The notes: generated by a model from the sequence alone, not told the origin. Counted from the stretch's first letter, positions 27,281 through 41,087 are shown. The stretch is 64,000 nt of DNA from Eledone cirrhosa (GCA_964016885.1 OZ024740.1:134540001-134604000); one strand, 5' to 3'. Numbers and translations: made by a program.

Positions 27281-27582
27281 CGGGACCGGATTTAATGGGG
27301 TGCAAAGGGAGCAATGACCCCCGGGCCCCCTACAGTGCGGTGCCCCACCAGAGACGGCTATAGCAATTTATTTGTGCCCTCAGCTGGACTTTTTAATTTT
27401 AAGATGGTTAGAATTTTTTTATTTAACACCTGTATGTATAACTTTTCAATTCCAATTACTTGTGCCAAGCTGAATTTGATATGTAAAATTGGAGTGGAGT
27501 GCTGTGTATTCTCATTTTTTGTATATGAGGGGGTCCCAAACCTGAAATACCTCGGGCGTCCTAAGGTTTAAATCCAGTCCTG
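27281..27582. mobile_element. hAT-like MITE
   Basis: TIRs CGGGACCGGATTTAA / TTAAATCCAGTCCTG; degenerate 8-bp TSD TAGATAAC / TTGATGAC. Confidence 0.7.
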
Positions 27583-27771
27583 TTGATGACATAGGCGTAG
27601 AGAAAATAACAGACTGTGTTGTTATGTAGTTCGCTTTGCAGCCTCTGCTATAGACTCAGGTTGACTAATGCCATGTGATATTTAGTAGACGGAAAACTGC
27701 AGATGACTGTCACATATATGGATGTGTGTGTGTGAGAGAGAGGAAGGGAGAGAGGGGGAGAGAGAGCGTGA

Positions 27772-27874
<103 letters not shown>

Positions 27875-28280
27875 CGTGCGTGTGTGTATGTGTGTATGTA
27901 AGTGTGTATATATGTGTGTGTATGTATGTGTGTTTATGTGTGTGTGTGTGTGCGTGTTTGTGTATGTAAGTGTGTATATGTGTGTGTGTATGTATGTGTA
28001 TGTATGTGTGTTTATGTGTGTGTGTGTGTGAGAGAGAGAGAGAGTGCGTGTGTGTATGTGTGTGTATATATATATATATGTGAGAAAAACCACAGACCCT
28101 CCATCTCAACTCACCTTTTGAAAAGCAGAAGAACTGCGAAACCGGTAAAGGAACCAAATAAATATATATATTTTTTTTTTAAATAAGACTCCAGTTGCAT
28201 TTTCGATTTCATCTCTTTCTCTTTATACTTTCACTCGTGTAGGACACCTCGGTTATTTTTCATTTTGTAAAAAACCTCAC

Positions 28281-28367
<87 letters not shown>

Positions 28368-28430
28368 GGACTCATTTTATAACATGTTATCCATGTGCAA
28401 CCTGCAGTATTCTTCTCCCCATTTTTTCAC

Positions 28431-28462
<32 letters not shown>

Positions 28463-31400
28463 TTATGTCCTGTACCTTAGCAGTTCGAAAAAGAATTAGA
28501 TAAACAAAATAAATAGCAAACTTGAAAGCACTATTTGTGAGGTCGATTTGAACGACGGAACATCCCTTCAATGTGATGTCCCAGCATGACCGCAGTCTAA
28601 TGACTGAAAACAGTAAAAGAATATAAGCATATGCCACTATCTTCTGTACAAAGATTTAATATCAATCATTTCTACATACAAATTCCAGCAATGTAGCCTC
28701 TAACTAATCACTCGATCTGCTAAATATAGTACTGAAATTTCCCTCGAGCCACATTAAAAGTGAAAGGCTACATTGGATAACGAAATGGTCTCAGCTTCTT
28801 ATAAATTTTAGGTGGAGTTGCTTCCCTTAGACGGTTTGTTTTTGATCTGGTTCCAATATAGCTAAACATACATATTTCCCTCTATATTTAATTCTAATTT
28901 CAAATTACCCCGATTTTGACATTTCCTTTCTTCACTTTGAATCTATAAAAGAAGTACTAGTAATGTGTAAGAGTTCTATTCAACAAAATACATCCCTCAA
29001 CATCAATATTTGGCTTTGTACGTAAATATAAAATCAATTTTTACTTGACCGAATAAAGGAGCCTCTACAATGTCACTCGACCTGCTAGAAATAGTAACCA
29101 AACTACCCTCAAATCAAAGGAAGTTCACATTGAATAATGTAGACCTAGATATACAATAATACGGGATGGTCATGACTGGAGCGCTTTTAATCACTTTAGG
29201 CTAAACAACGAAACAATAAATTAATATTAACTGATAACATTGCATTAAAGCAGAGAACTAAGTATTTGACAATATTTAGATTCGGTTCTGCTTCAGTGGA
29301 TGCAGCATAGCCACAATCATTATGTCCCTGGTTCGATCGCACTACGTGGCATCTTGGACAAACGTCTTTTATTATAGCCTTCGGTCGACTCAAACCTTGT
29401 GAGTAAAACTGAATAGACGGAAACTGTTAAGAAGCGCGTCGGATGAAATATACCTGTGATTCAACGGGTCAACCTTGTCGCACACTGTATCACACCAATT
29501 CTCCCTAATTGTGTTAACGGTACATGTGTCGCTAAAATACACAGCTACTAACATGTTAGTTTCAGAGCAGGCTGTTCTGTTGATCAAACAACTGGAACAT
29601 TCGTCTTCAAAAATGACGGAGATTTATTCCATGCCTGCTTCAACTTTGAAGTTCATGTTCCTGGAGCGATAAAATCAGTGCCAGGAAAATATTCTTATCA
29701 ATTCAGTTGACTCTGTCCTTCCTCGGAAACAGAACTTATGCTGAAGGAAGTAATAGATTTACGTAAAAAAAAAAGGTCGCCTGAATGCCGCTACGAACAC
29801 TAGTGGCGATAAGGTCTTCGGACAGCAAGTCGTGTGGTCATCAATTCATATTTTGTGGTCGGTGCTGCGGTGAGTCCATCAATGGACTAAACACTTAACT
29901 CTTAACGAGTCAAAGTTAGAAACAAGTAATGTTAACTGTATGGTTTTCTGATATACCAGGGTCTTTTATCTGCTTATCACTAGAGAAATTGGATTTCGTA
30001 TTGCTATCCGTTTGGCTCCTTATGATTTAGAAAAGATTAAATGTTTTGTAAAGTTACTTGGAAGATAAGTACCAGTAATATATTGGGTTCTAATTTAGGC
30101 ACAAAGTCAGCAAATTTGGGGTATGGACAAAATTGATTAATTAACCTCAGTATTTGACTGGTAATTTAATTCATCGACCTTGAAAGAATGAAGGGCAAAA
30201 TTGATCTCACAGGGATTTGAACTTAGAATGTAAAGAGCCAGAACAAATACCGCAATGTTATTTTATGCAAAGCTCTACCAATTCTACCAATTCCTTCAGT
30301 ACCAGTAATATATTGAGATCAATTTAGTCAGTTCTCCATTTCCTATATACGCAACCTTGTACCTACGGATGAGATCAAGTTATTATCATGCAACTAATAA
30401 TTCAGGCACGACATTCGCATGAAAAAAAAACAAGAGATAAGTTCGTGTAAACATATATAATGTATGAATCATTGAAAAGGTAGATAGAAATTAAGATATC
30501 TCCGTTAGTTCTTTAGATTACTTTAGCTATTACAACCAAGGACAAGCTGTGCCACTGCCTTCGTTGTGAGGAGGGAAAATCTTGTATATTTATTTAGTGG
30601 TTTATTCATCACAACTTTTGAGTAGAAGGAAGCTAAGGTTCGCCGAGAAAGACAGAATAAGATTTTAAACTAAGTATCTCCGAACCCTGTCAACCATCGA
30701 CCCCTTCATGGAATCATTGAACTATCATCGACCCCAGGCAAATGCAAAATAAATAAGTAAATAAATAAATCAGTAAACAGAATACAAATTAAATTGACAG
30801 GGTCATCCCATAAAAATCGATGAAGGCCAATTTTGTTTTTATCTATCACAATCAATCTACCACGTTGCTCTTATGTAAGCAAATATCAATTGTAGTTTAA
30901 AAGAATGAAGGCAAAAATGAAGTTTGGACAAAAAATTAAGTTAATATGAGCATATGCAATGCATGAGGGTAAGAAAAACTCTAAATAGATATAAATTGAG
31001 GACGTTAAAAAAAATTATATGAGTCCTTTTTTTTTTCATACAATAGTGGACAGGTTAAAGACTTGATCTGACCTCCTCAGCAAAGTATAGTTTTTATATA
31101 TTTGCCGAAGTTGTGATGATTAAATATACAAGAGTTTACATTTATATGCATAAAAAAATAGAATAGTTTAAAGAATAAATAATTCTATGCTTTTCCTCAG
31201 CACGAAGACAGTGATTTAGTATGTCCTTAAGCGTAATGACTAAAAGACACTAAAGAACTAACGAACACATTCAATTCTAGTTACATTTTCAATGCTTCAT
31301 ATACTTCATACACTCGGTAGATAGAAATTGTGTGAAGGCATGTTCAGATGAATTGTAACTCTAATTCCAAGGTCCGGCCTTGGCACATAGTGCATACAGC

Positions 31401-31519
31401 TTACGGTAATATTTCTGTAAACTACTTAACCACTTACACGCTAATTCACATGTTGGGCGGTCAATTGATCGAACAGAATGCTCATCATCAAAACCAATGG
31501 AGAACCCATAATAATATTA

Positions 31520-32009
31520 ATAATAGTTTCTGATTTAAGCACAAGGTTAACAACTTTGGGGGAAAGGGAAAGTCGATTAAATCGACCCCAGTGCATTATT
31601 TCCGTTAGCCCTATTTATCCTTTGCCTGGGTTTGAACTCAGAACATTTTTTACTTCATGTTGAGAAATGTAAACAAGAAAAATAATTGTTTCTACTTTGG
31701 GCACAAGGCCAGTAATTATCCCAGTGCGTTACTGGTACTTTATTTTATCCACCCCGTAAGGATGAAAGGCAAAGTTAACCTCGGCAGGATTTGAACTCAG
31801 ACCGTAAAGGGACGTAACTGTATGCTGCAAGTCATTTTGTCCGACCCTTTACTGATACTGTGTAGCGCTCGAGAGCACTACAACTGTAAAAGGTCGGACA
31901 AAATGCTTTGTAGCATAGAGTTACGTACAAGAAAATAATTCTTTCTACTTTTGGCACAAGGCCAGCAATTATCCCAGTGTATTACGGGTACTTTATTTAT
32001 CGACCCCAT
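31520..32009 (-). mobile_element. Cluster of tRNA-SINE copies and fragments
   Basis: Reverse complement of the same SINE core, about three units. Confidence 0.85.
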
Positions 32010-32442
32010 CAAGCTAACTAATCACGAATGAAAATTGTATTAATCATCTCGCCAACAACAACCCTGAGCACCTTTTTGATCTCCATGTGTCTAACACACG
32101 TGGACATGCCTACAAAGTCAGAAAACAGCACAGCTCCCATGACTTTCGGAAACATTTGTTCACGCTTAGAGTTGCTGAAGCATGGAACAAACTGCCTGCG
32201 TCAGTTGTTAGCTGCCGAGACACTGCATCCTTTAAAACCCTCATGCTTCCCGAAATTCGTCAAAACTACTCCTGATGTCCCCTTTCCATACACATACATA
32301 CATGTGTATATCATGACTCATGCACTGTTCATTTTCCTGACGTTTGTACATTACCCTATGTACTATACATACTCTGTTGATGAGTTGTAGTGCACCTGAG
32401 CACGGTACACAATATTTTCATTATTATTATTATTATTATATT
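32010..32442 (+). mobile_element. CR1/L2-like LINE 3' end with (TTA)n tail
   Basis: TRGHAYKV..FRKHLFTLRVAEAWNKLP; same family as 57335-58160. Confidence 0.9.
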
Positions 32443-32823
32443 ATGCTAATTTTTCTTCCAGGTGTATGTTAGGATTTTTAATTATATACATTGAGTGATT
32501 CCTCAACCGAGTCAAGTTAAGATGTGCAGCCAAATAGTTAAGGTGTTTGGTACACTCCCGTCATGTCGGTTCGATTCCTTGATCCAAACACTTCACTTCG
32601 CATTGCTCCTGTCTAGTCAGCTGAAAATGAGTATCAGCAGCAGCTGGAGACTAAATCTGCGATAAACTGGTAGCATATTCTGTCAGTCACTTAATACCAA
32701 TAAAACTGGGATAAATTCCGACACGATGAGCCTCTAACCAACTAAATCAATACGAATTAAATACCTTAGGCTGTGATGTGGCGCCGTAGATAAGATATGA
32801 ACAGGCCATAATTTAAACAATAC

Positions 32824-34050
32824 CTCAGTGCCGGAGGTGAAAAACGAACCAACGGACGTAACAGTCACCAAGTCAACGACTTTTCAACTCAGCAAGACGT
32901 GGTTCTAAGAAATGAGCAATAAATTCCATAATCTTTTGTCACAAATCCTACATTGCAATTGTATTATTTTTAGTGAAGACAAAGCGGTAGATTGGCAGTA
33001 GCGATAGAATGTAAGACAACATGCTTTGTGGCATATAATTACGGCCCTTAACGTTCAAAATTCAAATACCGCTGAGGTTAGCTTTGCTTTTCATACATAC
33101 GGGGTCGATAAAATAGAGTACCAGTAACGCACTGGAGTCGATTCAATCGACATTCCTCTTCCTGTAAAATTGCTGGCCTTGTGTCAAAAGTAGAAACAGT
33201 TATTTATAGTGGAGTTACATTGAAGTTACATATTTATATCACGTTCCATTGCATTTTCACTGTACATTTATATTTATTATATAACCAATGGCAGTGGATT
33301 GGCAGTATCGGTAGAGAGTCGGACTCCATGCTTTCCAGCATAGTTACGCCCCTTTACGATCTAAGTTCAAATCCCGCCGAGGTTGACTTTGCCTTTCATC
33401 CTTACGGGGTCGATAAAATAAAGTACCAGTAATGTACTGGATAATTGCTGGCCTTGTGCCTAAAGTAGAAACAATTATATAACCACATAGTGCATGTCTA
33501 ATACTTAGTTCATCGACCATGAAGTTATGGAAGGCGATAGTTCCGCTATAGCTGGCAATCCCTGTGTCACTTGAGTTCACAGCACAAGAGGTTGTCATGC
33601 AAACTAAATTTTGAAATAAACAATGATTTAGAGAAGGGAGATTACTATTAAAATGTAATTTTCAGTGATCTCCCTTGAATTAAATTAAGGTTGAAAGATT
33701 CATTGTACTATGTATTTGGGCGGCAGGGGTATGTTGTAGATACTTATTTCTACTGAATACACAGTATGCCAATTTTGTAGAGAGATATAGGTAATTACTG
33801 CGAATTATTCTGTTGATTCTAAACAAATAAAAAATGGTGGACTGGCACAATTATTAGAACATCAAGTAAAATGCCGGTGGTGTTTAGTTATATCCTTTTA
33901 CGATCTGAGCAAAAATTCCACTGATCGCTTCGTCGTTATACATACATACACACACATACAGGCAGACAGACAAACAAACATGTAACAATTGCCAAACAAA
34001 ATAAATACTTTCTTACCGCCCTTGGTAGTTGTTTTCGTGGCAGTCAATAA
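32824..34050 (-). other. Candidate divergent spliced transcript (exons ..34017, 33603-33505, 32904-32824) encoding a 41-aa ORF
   Basis: GCG|GTAAGA donor; TTTAG| and TTCTTAG| acceptors; unique non-repeat blocks; no homology recognised. Confidence 0.3.
32984..33477 (+). mobile_element. Two tRNA-SINE copies (32984-33205, 33289-33477)
   Basis: A/B boxes and shared core. Confidence 0.9.
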
Positions 34051-34107
34051 TTATTGAAATCCGGTAGAGGTCGCTTTCTACTTCCTCTTTTAATAAATTT
34101 TTTAACC

Positions 34108-34218
34108 ATGGCTTCAGGTAAATCTTCTAAGAAGCTTCCCAAATTACCAGAAAAATTGTCGTTAGTGCCCTCCGAACAGAAAGAGTTCGAAAAATCCTTG
34201 AAGAAGAAGTATTCTAGA
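34108..34218 (+). CDS. NIFK: NIFK/Nop15-like nucleolar RRM protein, coding exon 1
   Basis: ACCATGG start, MASGKSSKKLP..LSLVPSEQKEFEKSLKKKYSR, AGA|GTAAGT phase 0. Confidence 0.85.
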
Positions 34219-35827
34219 GTAAGTTATTTTAATTAAATTATTATTTTATCTTCATTATTTTCAATATTGTCTGTCAAGCACGTGGTGCATGTCTTACAGA
34301 AATACTGCAGTACTATGTTTCTTCACTAATCTACAATTTTCTTTGAAATATCTAGTTTCTAAATGTCTACATTACACTCATCCATGATCCTCGAAATAAA
34401 ATAAAAGTATCCTTAACCCTTTTCATAACAAACTGCTCCTGTGATACTAAGATACAAAGCTATTTATGTTTTTATTTATCTGTAAACGTTCTATCGACTT
34501 TACAGGAGAACATTTATGTTCGAGAAGTTTAAGAACATTACTAAGTCTCCAAATTCTTTATTATTTGAAAATTGGGGACAACGTTTTTACATTAAGAATA
34601 TGCTAGCAAAAACGTATATCGGTGTTTGCATTCTTTTGCTTAAAGCAGACCTGCTAACCTCTAAAAATCATAACGAGGAGTACCACGAAAAAAAGTGCCC
34701 CAAAATGGGAAGATTTTACGTAATTAAAGCTATACCCATTTTCAGAAGAGAAGATATCTCTCACCCACCCCAAAGTGGGTGGGAGATCTCCCAGTCGAAC
34801 GGGGTCAGTTGACGGATCTGTTGAGACATCACATGGGGTTTTAAAATAAAACTTTTATCTGTCTACGGTTAAAATAAATTAACAATTTAAGCAACGTTAT
34901 TGTCGGAGTTTAACACGCTTTATCGAATGACAATGTCATTCGATAAAGCGTGTTATATCATGTACCTCATTGTTTTATATTCATTCTTTTAATATGTAAT
35001 AATTGTTTTGTGTTTTAATAAGTTAATGGTTAATGGAATATATGACATATAAATATATTTCTCTTGATGATGTAACGATGTTATTCTTGCATGTGTTTGT
35101 TGCAACAATAAAAAATGTCAAATCTTCAAATTGTTGAGAATAATGTTGATGTAGGACGGGTACCTTTATAAAATTTTAGAAATGCATACCCCATTTTAAA
35201 CTTTCCAAATTAAAATCCTCTCTAATTAAACGAAGATTAACGGTTCTCTATTAATTATGGCCACTTCAATAAAAAGCAAAAATGTAATGCATGTTGAGCC
35301 TTGATATAAACACACTCTGAACTGTCACCCTGTTCCCAAAGATCAGGCTCACTTTCCCCATACATTCCGAATTTAATTTTTTTTTTTTTTTTTTTTGCCC
35401 ACTTATTTCTGGGAGGGTTGTAGTGGCAGAATCCTTAAGTACGCCTTTCAGCCGGTCCTGTGAGAAGCACCAGTTGTGCTCATGGATGTTATCCAACCAT
35501 ATTGCTAGGGTGCTGTATCCACTTCTATTTTTACCAGAATTAGTCATTTAGAAAATTATTCTCATCCCTAAAGTGTGTAATTTTAAGATTTTTGGTTTAT
35601 TTCAAATCTGCTGGCACCCAGTTTCCTATTAAGTGTATAAACAACAGAAACAGTAGATGTATGTTTATCTAGCAAGATTTGGCAACTAACTGTCAAAGCA
35701 AGCTTGTTGGAATTGCTGCACAGGAATATTATTATTAAAGATCAAATCTACTATACTGTAACCCTTTCCAACTTATACTCACTTGAAATAATCAATCTAA
35801 TACTTTATTTTTTTTTATTTTTAAAAG

Positions 35828-35950
35828 ACAGCTGGTCGTGGTGTTGTCTATCTTGGACACATTCCTTATGGATTCTTTGAAAACCAAATGAAAGCTTACT
35901 TCAGTCAATTTGGCATAGTGACTCGCCTTAGACTGTCCCGCAGTAAAAGA
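35828..35950 (+). CDS. NIFK: NIFK exon 2 (RRM RNP2)
   Basis: [41 protein letters not shown]; AG/GT, 123 nt. Confidence 0.96.
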
Positions 35951-36419
35951 GTAAGTTTGTTGGGGTTTCTCTTCTTTTTTATATTAAATCTGCATCATAT
36001 CAAAAATTCATTATACAGTTGTTTTTCATGCTAGCATGCACTGGGCTGAAGAATAATGGATAAGAAACTTTTTCGGTTGGTAGCTGACAGTTGGAATCAT
36101 CATCGTAGGTCTGCTATTCATACTGGCATGAGTTTGGCAGATGATGGTCTAAGCCAATCCTTATACAATGCTGCTGCATACCTAGGTGGGACAGCTGACC
36201 ACATCGTGCTTGGATAGCCATTCAGAATTCTTTGAACAACTTTGCTTGTGTGTTTTTTTTTTTTTTTCTCTATCTCGCTCACTTTTGCCATTTGGAATAC
36301 ATACTAATCTTGGTAGAATATTAAGCTGGAAGGAAATTATCCTGCTTTTGTGTTAGCATGGATTTCACTAAATGATTCTATATTTTCCTGACAACCCTTG
36401 AACATGTCCTCTTTGCCTA

Positions 36420-36720
36420 CTTATTCCTGAGAGGGTCTTGGGGGAAGATTCCTCAAACACACTTTCCAACAGGTCCTGTCAGAAGTAACCATCTTATTCA
36501 GTTCTATTAATGATTACCCAAGATTTAGGCCCATAAGTAAGGGTTGGCAGAAATGCTGAAGCTGGCGCATTATTGCACCAACTCCTGCAATTCTTGTACA
36601 TAATTCAGCCTCCTGCCTTCTATCACTCATGGACACAGCTCCGAAATACTTAAACTTCTTCACCTGTTTCAGTGGAACTCCACTCACATGTAGGGTGCTC
36701 TGCACAGACTTCCTTGAGTG
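36420..36720 (-). mobile_element. RTE-like LINE fragment (related pieces at ~35390-35520 and 44300-44830)
   Basis: LKQVKKFKYFG; RIERSQLRYYGHVVRM..RGRP in the 44434-44637 ORF. Confidence 0.75.
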
Positions 36721-36916
36721 GACGAGAAATTGTATGTTTTACTGATTCCGTAGTTCTCTATAAATATAAATTTGGATAAATTTTACAGTGAGCATCATTA
36801 GTGTAATGAATGAGTTCTGCACAACCTATCTGTACTTGTAAATAACTTCTATTCTACTAATATTCCATTTAATTTCTCTTCTCTCTCATAATGAAAGTTC
36901 ATTGACTTTTTTGCAG

Positions 36917-37025
36917 ACAGGAAAATCTAAAGGTTTTGCCTTCATTGAATTCTTGAGTGAAGATGTAGCCAAAATTGTGGCTGAAACAACTAATAATTAT
37001 TTGTTGTTTGAAAAATTACTAAAAT
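36917..37025 (+). CDS. NIFK: NIFK exon 3 (RRM RNP1)
   Basis: [36 protein letters not shown]; TTGCAG / GTTAGT, 109 nt. Confidence 0.96.
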
Positions 37026-37870
37026 GTTAGTATCTACTTCATTTTTTTTAAATGTTTTATTTTCTTTATTTTTGAAATACAAGAGTCTTAATATTGATAT
37101 CTCAGAAGTTAAGAGATCACCAGTCCAACCTGATAATTGGTTGTTTTGGTGCTATGATGAAAAGCACCCAGTCTACATTAGGAATTAAGAAGGGCATCCA
37201 GTTGTAGAAATCAAGCCAGAAACAGTTCTGTATGAGCAAGACATGGTCATTTGATTGAATTTGTCTCACAATGGGACAAGTCGTCTAACCTATACTAGTG
37301 TGGAAAAATTGTCGTTAAACAGTGATGATGATAGAAGTGCCATATATATTTAAACTGGTCTCAGAATGTTTAGTGCATATGTCAGATATTATGGACATTA
37401 CATTATGAAATATTAATTTGTATATAAAATTAATATATGATAATCATTGTTGTCAACCTTTCATTTGTATAGTGGTGTGGTTTGTATAACATGTTTTGAT
37501 TCCTAATACTCTGCACCAATGTGCTGATAGTGAGCTTTCTTTTCTATGCTTTTGTTAGTATTTTAAAATTGAATGTCCCTTTCCATCATTAATTACTGTG
37601 GTGACACATTTATTGTAACATCAGCACCAAAGCTATTGTTATACAATCTCTTACTGATGTTGACTTGAATTTCCATAAATAAAATGAAGCTTATTAGATC
37701 AAATATGTTTGTAATAGACATCAACACTGAAGAAGTTTACTTTCCAAACTCCCTCTATTTGTGTATTACTTTATTCTTCCGTGAGGAAGCTGAAGCAAAA
37801 ATACAATGTTTAATAATACCAGTGAGTATCTTTGTTTATCCATACTAATGGTATTCCTTATTTTCTTCAG

Positions 37871-38088
37871 GTAGATTTATTCCAGCAGAAAAAGTACACC
37901 CTATGTTGTTCAAGGGATGGAACAAACCGTTCATTGCACCAAGATCACATATTTCTTCCAAGAAACGACACAACAGAGTTAAATCTGCTAAAGTAATTCG
38001 GATTAAAACAACTCGTACCCTCAACAAGCTCCATAAAAATACTGAAAAGTTGAAGGTATTGGGCATTAATTTTGATACATCTCATTTG
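37871..38088 (+). CDS. NIFK: NIFK exon 4
   Basis: CRFIPAEKVHPMLFKG...KLKVLGINFDTSHL; TTCAG / GTAAGT; phases compatible. Confidence 0.93.
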
Positions 38089-38759
38089 GTAAGTAGCTAG
38101 ACAATTGGCAACATTTTCTCTTTTCTCTAAACGTGTTCATCATTTTCATTCTATATCCACAATGAAATACACTCTATGCTCTAAAGTGGTTTGTGTTGTG
38201 AAGAGCATCCAGCCATAGAAAGCATGCCAAAATAGGTTGAACTGACTCTTCAGCCACATCATAGACATGACAAACTCTCTAGTACAGGTGCCACGAAAAA
38301 TCATCAGTACACCCTGTAAAGTGGTTGGTGTTAGGAAGAGCATCCAACTGTAGAAAATTTGCTAAACAGTCGAGAGGACTCTTCAGTTCAATCAGACAGA
38401 ACAATTTTCTTAGTGCTGGGGCTGCAATAAAATGTACTCAATGTACTCTGTACAGTGTAGATGTAAGTTACTGCCATTGATTGTCATTAAATGGAAAGGT
38501 GTTAAGATAAAGACTCATGGTAGTGTTGGATAAGATTGCTTTCAAGACATGCAATGTCACAGTAATTCTGTTCACATCTAGTATACTAAGAATGATCAAT
38601 TAAAGCACCAAGCTAAAGGAGGCTCCTATGTAAAGGTGTATGACCTGCTGATGTTGACCAAGATTACATTATGTATGCAGAGTTTATGCCTACTCCTTTT
38701 TCTACATATTGAGCAGGGCCACATTCCTGGTGGAATCAGTCCTATCATATTTCCTACTT

Positions 38760-39170
38760 TCTAGCACTTTATGGCTAAGTTTACCCTCAGGCATTTTAAT
38801 TCCAAATTCTGTTTCCACAGTCGGAACTTATTCTCTAGTTCTTCCAAAGTTTCATTTAAGTGGACTAAATCGTCAGCATACAGAAGTTCCCATTGATAAC
38901 CAGTCTGAAACTCCTCTGTTATGGCCTGGAGAACTATACTGAACAGAAATGGACTGAAAACTGAACCCTGATGAACTACCTGTAATTTGAATTCTTCAAT
39001 AAATTCATTTCCTACTCTCACTTTACTGGCAGCTCTTCTGTGCTTGGTTTGCACTGCTCTCACAAGCCACTCTTCACCTAGTTTCCTTATAGACCACCAG
39101 ATGACAGATCGAAATACTGTCAAAAGCTTCTTTTATATCAACAAAATCTAAATATATGCCTTACTCTTGG
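38760..39170 (-). mobile_element. RTE-like RT fragment in NIFK intron 4
   Basis: VHQGSVFSPFLF, ELLYADDL, LRVNLAI. Confidence 0.85.
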
Positions 39171-39207
39171 CTGAATCAAATAATTCTTTAATTTATTTAT
39201 TTTCCAG

Positions 39208-39648
39208 GAAAAGTCGCTCAAGGCTGATTTAGAAAAGCAGCTTGAAACTGTAACTCAGAAAGAACTTGAAAACAGCCAGAATGATGATTCTGCACAACCT
39301 GATAACAATCAGCTAATGAATGATGAGGCTACCATACAACCTGATAACAGCCAGGCGACGAATGATGAGGCTTCCATACAATCTGATAACAGCCAGGCGA
39401 CAAATGATGAGGATTCCATACAATCTGATAACAGCCAGGCGACGAATGAGGAGGATTCCATACAATCTGATAACAGCTTATTGATACTGGAAGATGACTA
39501 CACTGATGATGAAATAATACTGAAGACACCACCAAACTGCATCAAGCGTTCAAAGTTAAACACATTTTCCACAAAACAACTTACAAAAATGAAGACCAAA
39601 ACTCCCAGTTTTAAATCATTCCCAAAGCCAAAAAAGGTCAAAGAATAG
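39208..39648 (+). CDS. NIFK: NIFK terminal exon 5a (333-aa isoform), with 42-bp tandem repeats
   Basis: TTTCCAG acceptor, phase 0, open to TAG; EDDYTDDEIILKTPPNC; AATAAA at 39661. Confidence 0.88.
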   Translation, partial: EKSLKADLEKQLETVTQKELENSQNDDSAQPDNNQLMNDEATIQPDNSQATNDEASIQSDNSQATNDEDSIQSDNSQATNEEDSIQSDNSLLILEDDYTDDEIILKTPPNCIKRSKLNTFSTKQLTKMKTKTPSFKSFPKPKKVKE

Positions 39649-39841
39649 TTTTTAAAATTTAATAAAACTTTTTAAATCTAATTTTTTCTCTTTAACTTGT
39701 TTTTTAACCACTTTAACCTTTTCTATACTAAAATCGCTGAAAGTAACTCTGATTCTATGGCACAAACTTTATTTTAGTGTTTGTATTTATATAAAAACCT
39801 TCTATCAGTGATGATGATGACTCTTTGTTCTAAACTCCAAC

Positions 39842-40041
39842 TTAACCCTTTAGTATTTACATTAGTCTCTATATACTATTGTACTTTTGTGGTAAAGGCT
39901 TTATCTCGCATAAAATTGAATCTATGAGATTTTTATATTTATTTTGAGAACAATCCCTTATCAGTATGAGTGGCCAGTTTGAACAGAAAGAGGTGAGAGA
40001 ATTCTGGCCGGATACAGCCAGTTTAAATGCTAAAGGGTTAA
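39842..40041. mobile_element. TTAA-flanked piggyBac-like MITE (second copy 44831-45039)
   Basis: TTAA-CCCTTTAG...CTAAAGGG-TTAA; two similar copies. Confidence 0.8.
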
Positions 40042-41087
40042 TTAGAAAGTGAATTATACAAAATCCCTCCAATTTTTTTTTTTTTTTTTTAAATCTGTTT
40101 TTCATTAGAAATATTGTGATGAAAATATTAACCTGTTTTTTAACCACTTTTTCCATTACTAATTTAGAACTAGTAATTTTTTTTTTTTATTGGTTTCAAC
40201 AATTTGATTAACTGATCTTGTGAATTAACATGCAAGTGGTTGAATATTCCTTAGGCATGGGATGAGTGGGGATGGATCAAAATGGTTAATGCCAAAGAAA
40301 AGCCCTTATTTGTTGGACCATGAAGGTACTAGAAAAGAATACTACTAGCACTCATACATCTCAGACATTGTACTAACCATACATGTCACCACTTCTATAT
40401 TATTTTGACAAGTTCTTGCAGTATTGGTGGGTGGGGTGAATTGGTTACTAGATCAAGGACAAAAGATTATTTTACTTAGAACAGTCATGCACAGTGTCTC
40501 TCTACTCAATTTTACTCACAAGCTAACCAAAGACTATGGTAAAATACATTTGCTTAAGATGGCATGCAGCCCTTCATGTTTACAAAGGAAAGAGCTGCCG
40601 TAGCTGTAAATTTACTTAGCAATAAGACCTTATATTTATTTGGTGGGGATTGGAAGCTGTGGTATTCATGCCTTTCTCAGTGGAAAATGTGATGTTTACC
40701 ACAAATACAGTTAAAATATCAGGTTTTATTTGACTAACGACAAAGTCCCTATATTTTGAGGGTTGGGGAAATGGGAAGTGGCATTCATGCCTTTGCAAAA
40801 GTAATAAAAATAGCATCTAGGGGTTGAAAAGGTGCTATTATCTAACATTATGTATGTATATATGGACCCGTAACTCCTGGAGGAGTCCAGGTCTGAATAC
40901 AACAGATTTCTTCCAAAGAAGGATAGAAGTGAGAAAGAATCGACCCCAGTACTAGACTGGTACTTTTTTCATTGACATTGAATGGATGAAAGGCAAAGTT
41001 GAACTTGGGGAGCTGAATACTGCAAAGCATTCTATCCGATGTTATAATGACTCTGCCAATTCGCTACCTCTATCTAACATTACTGGA

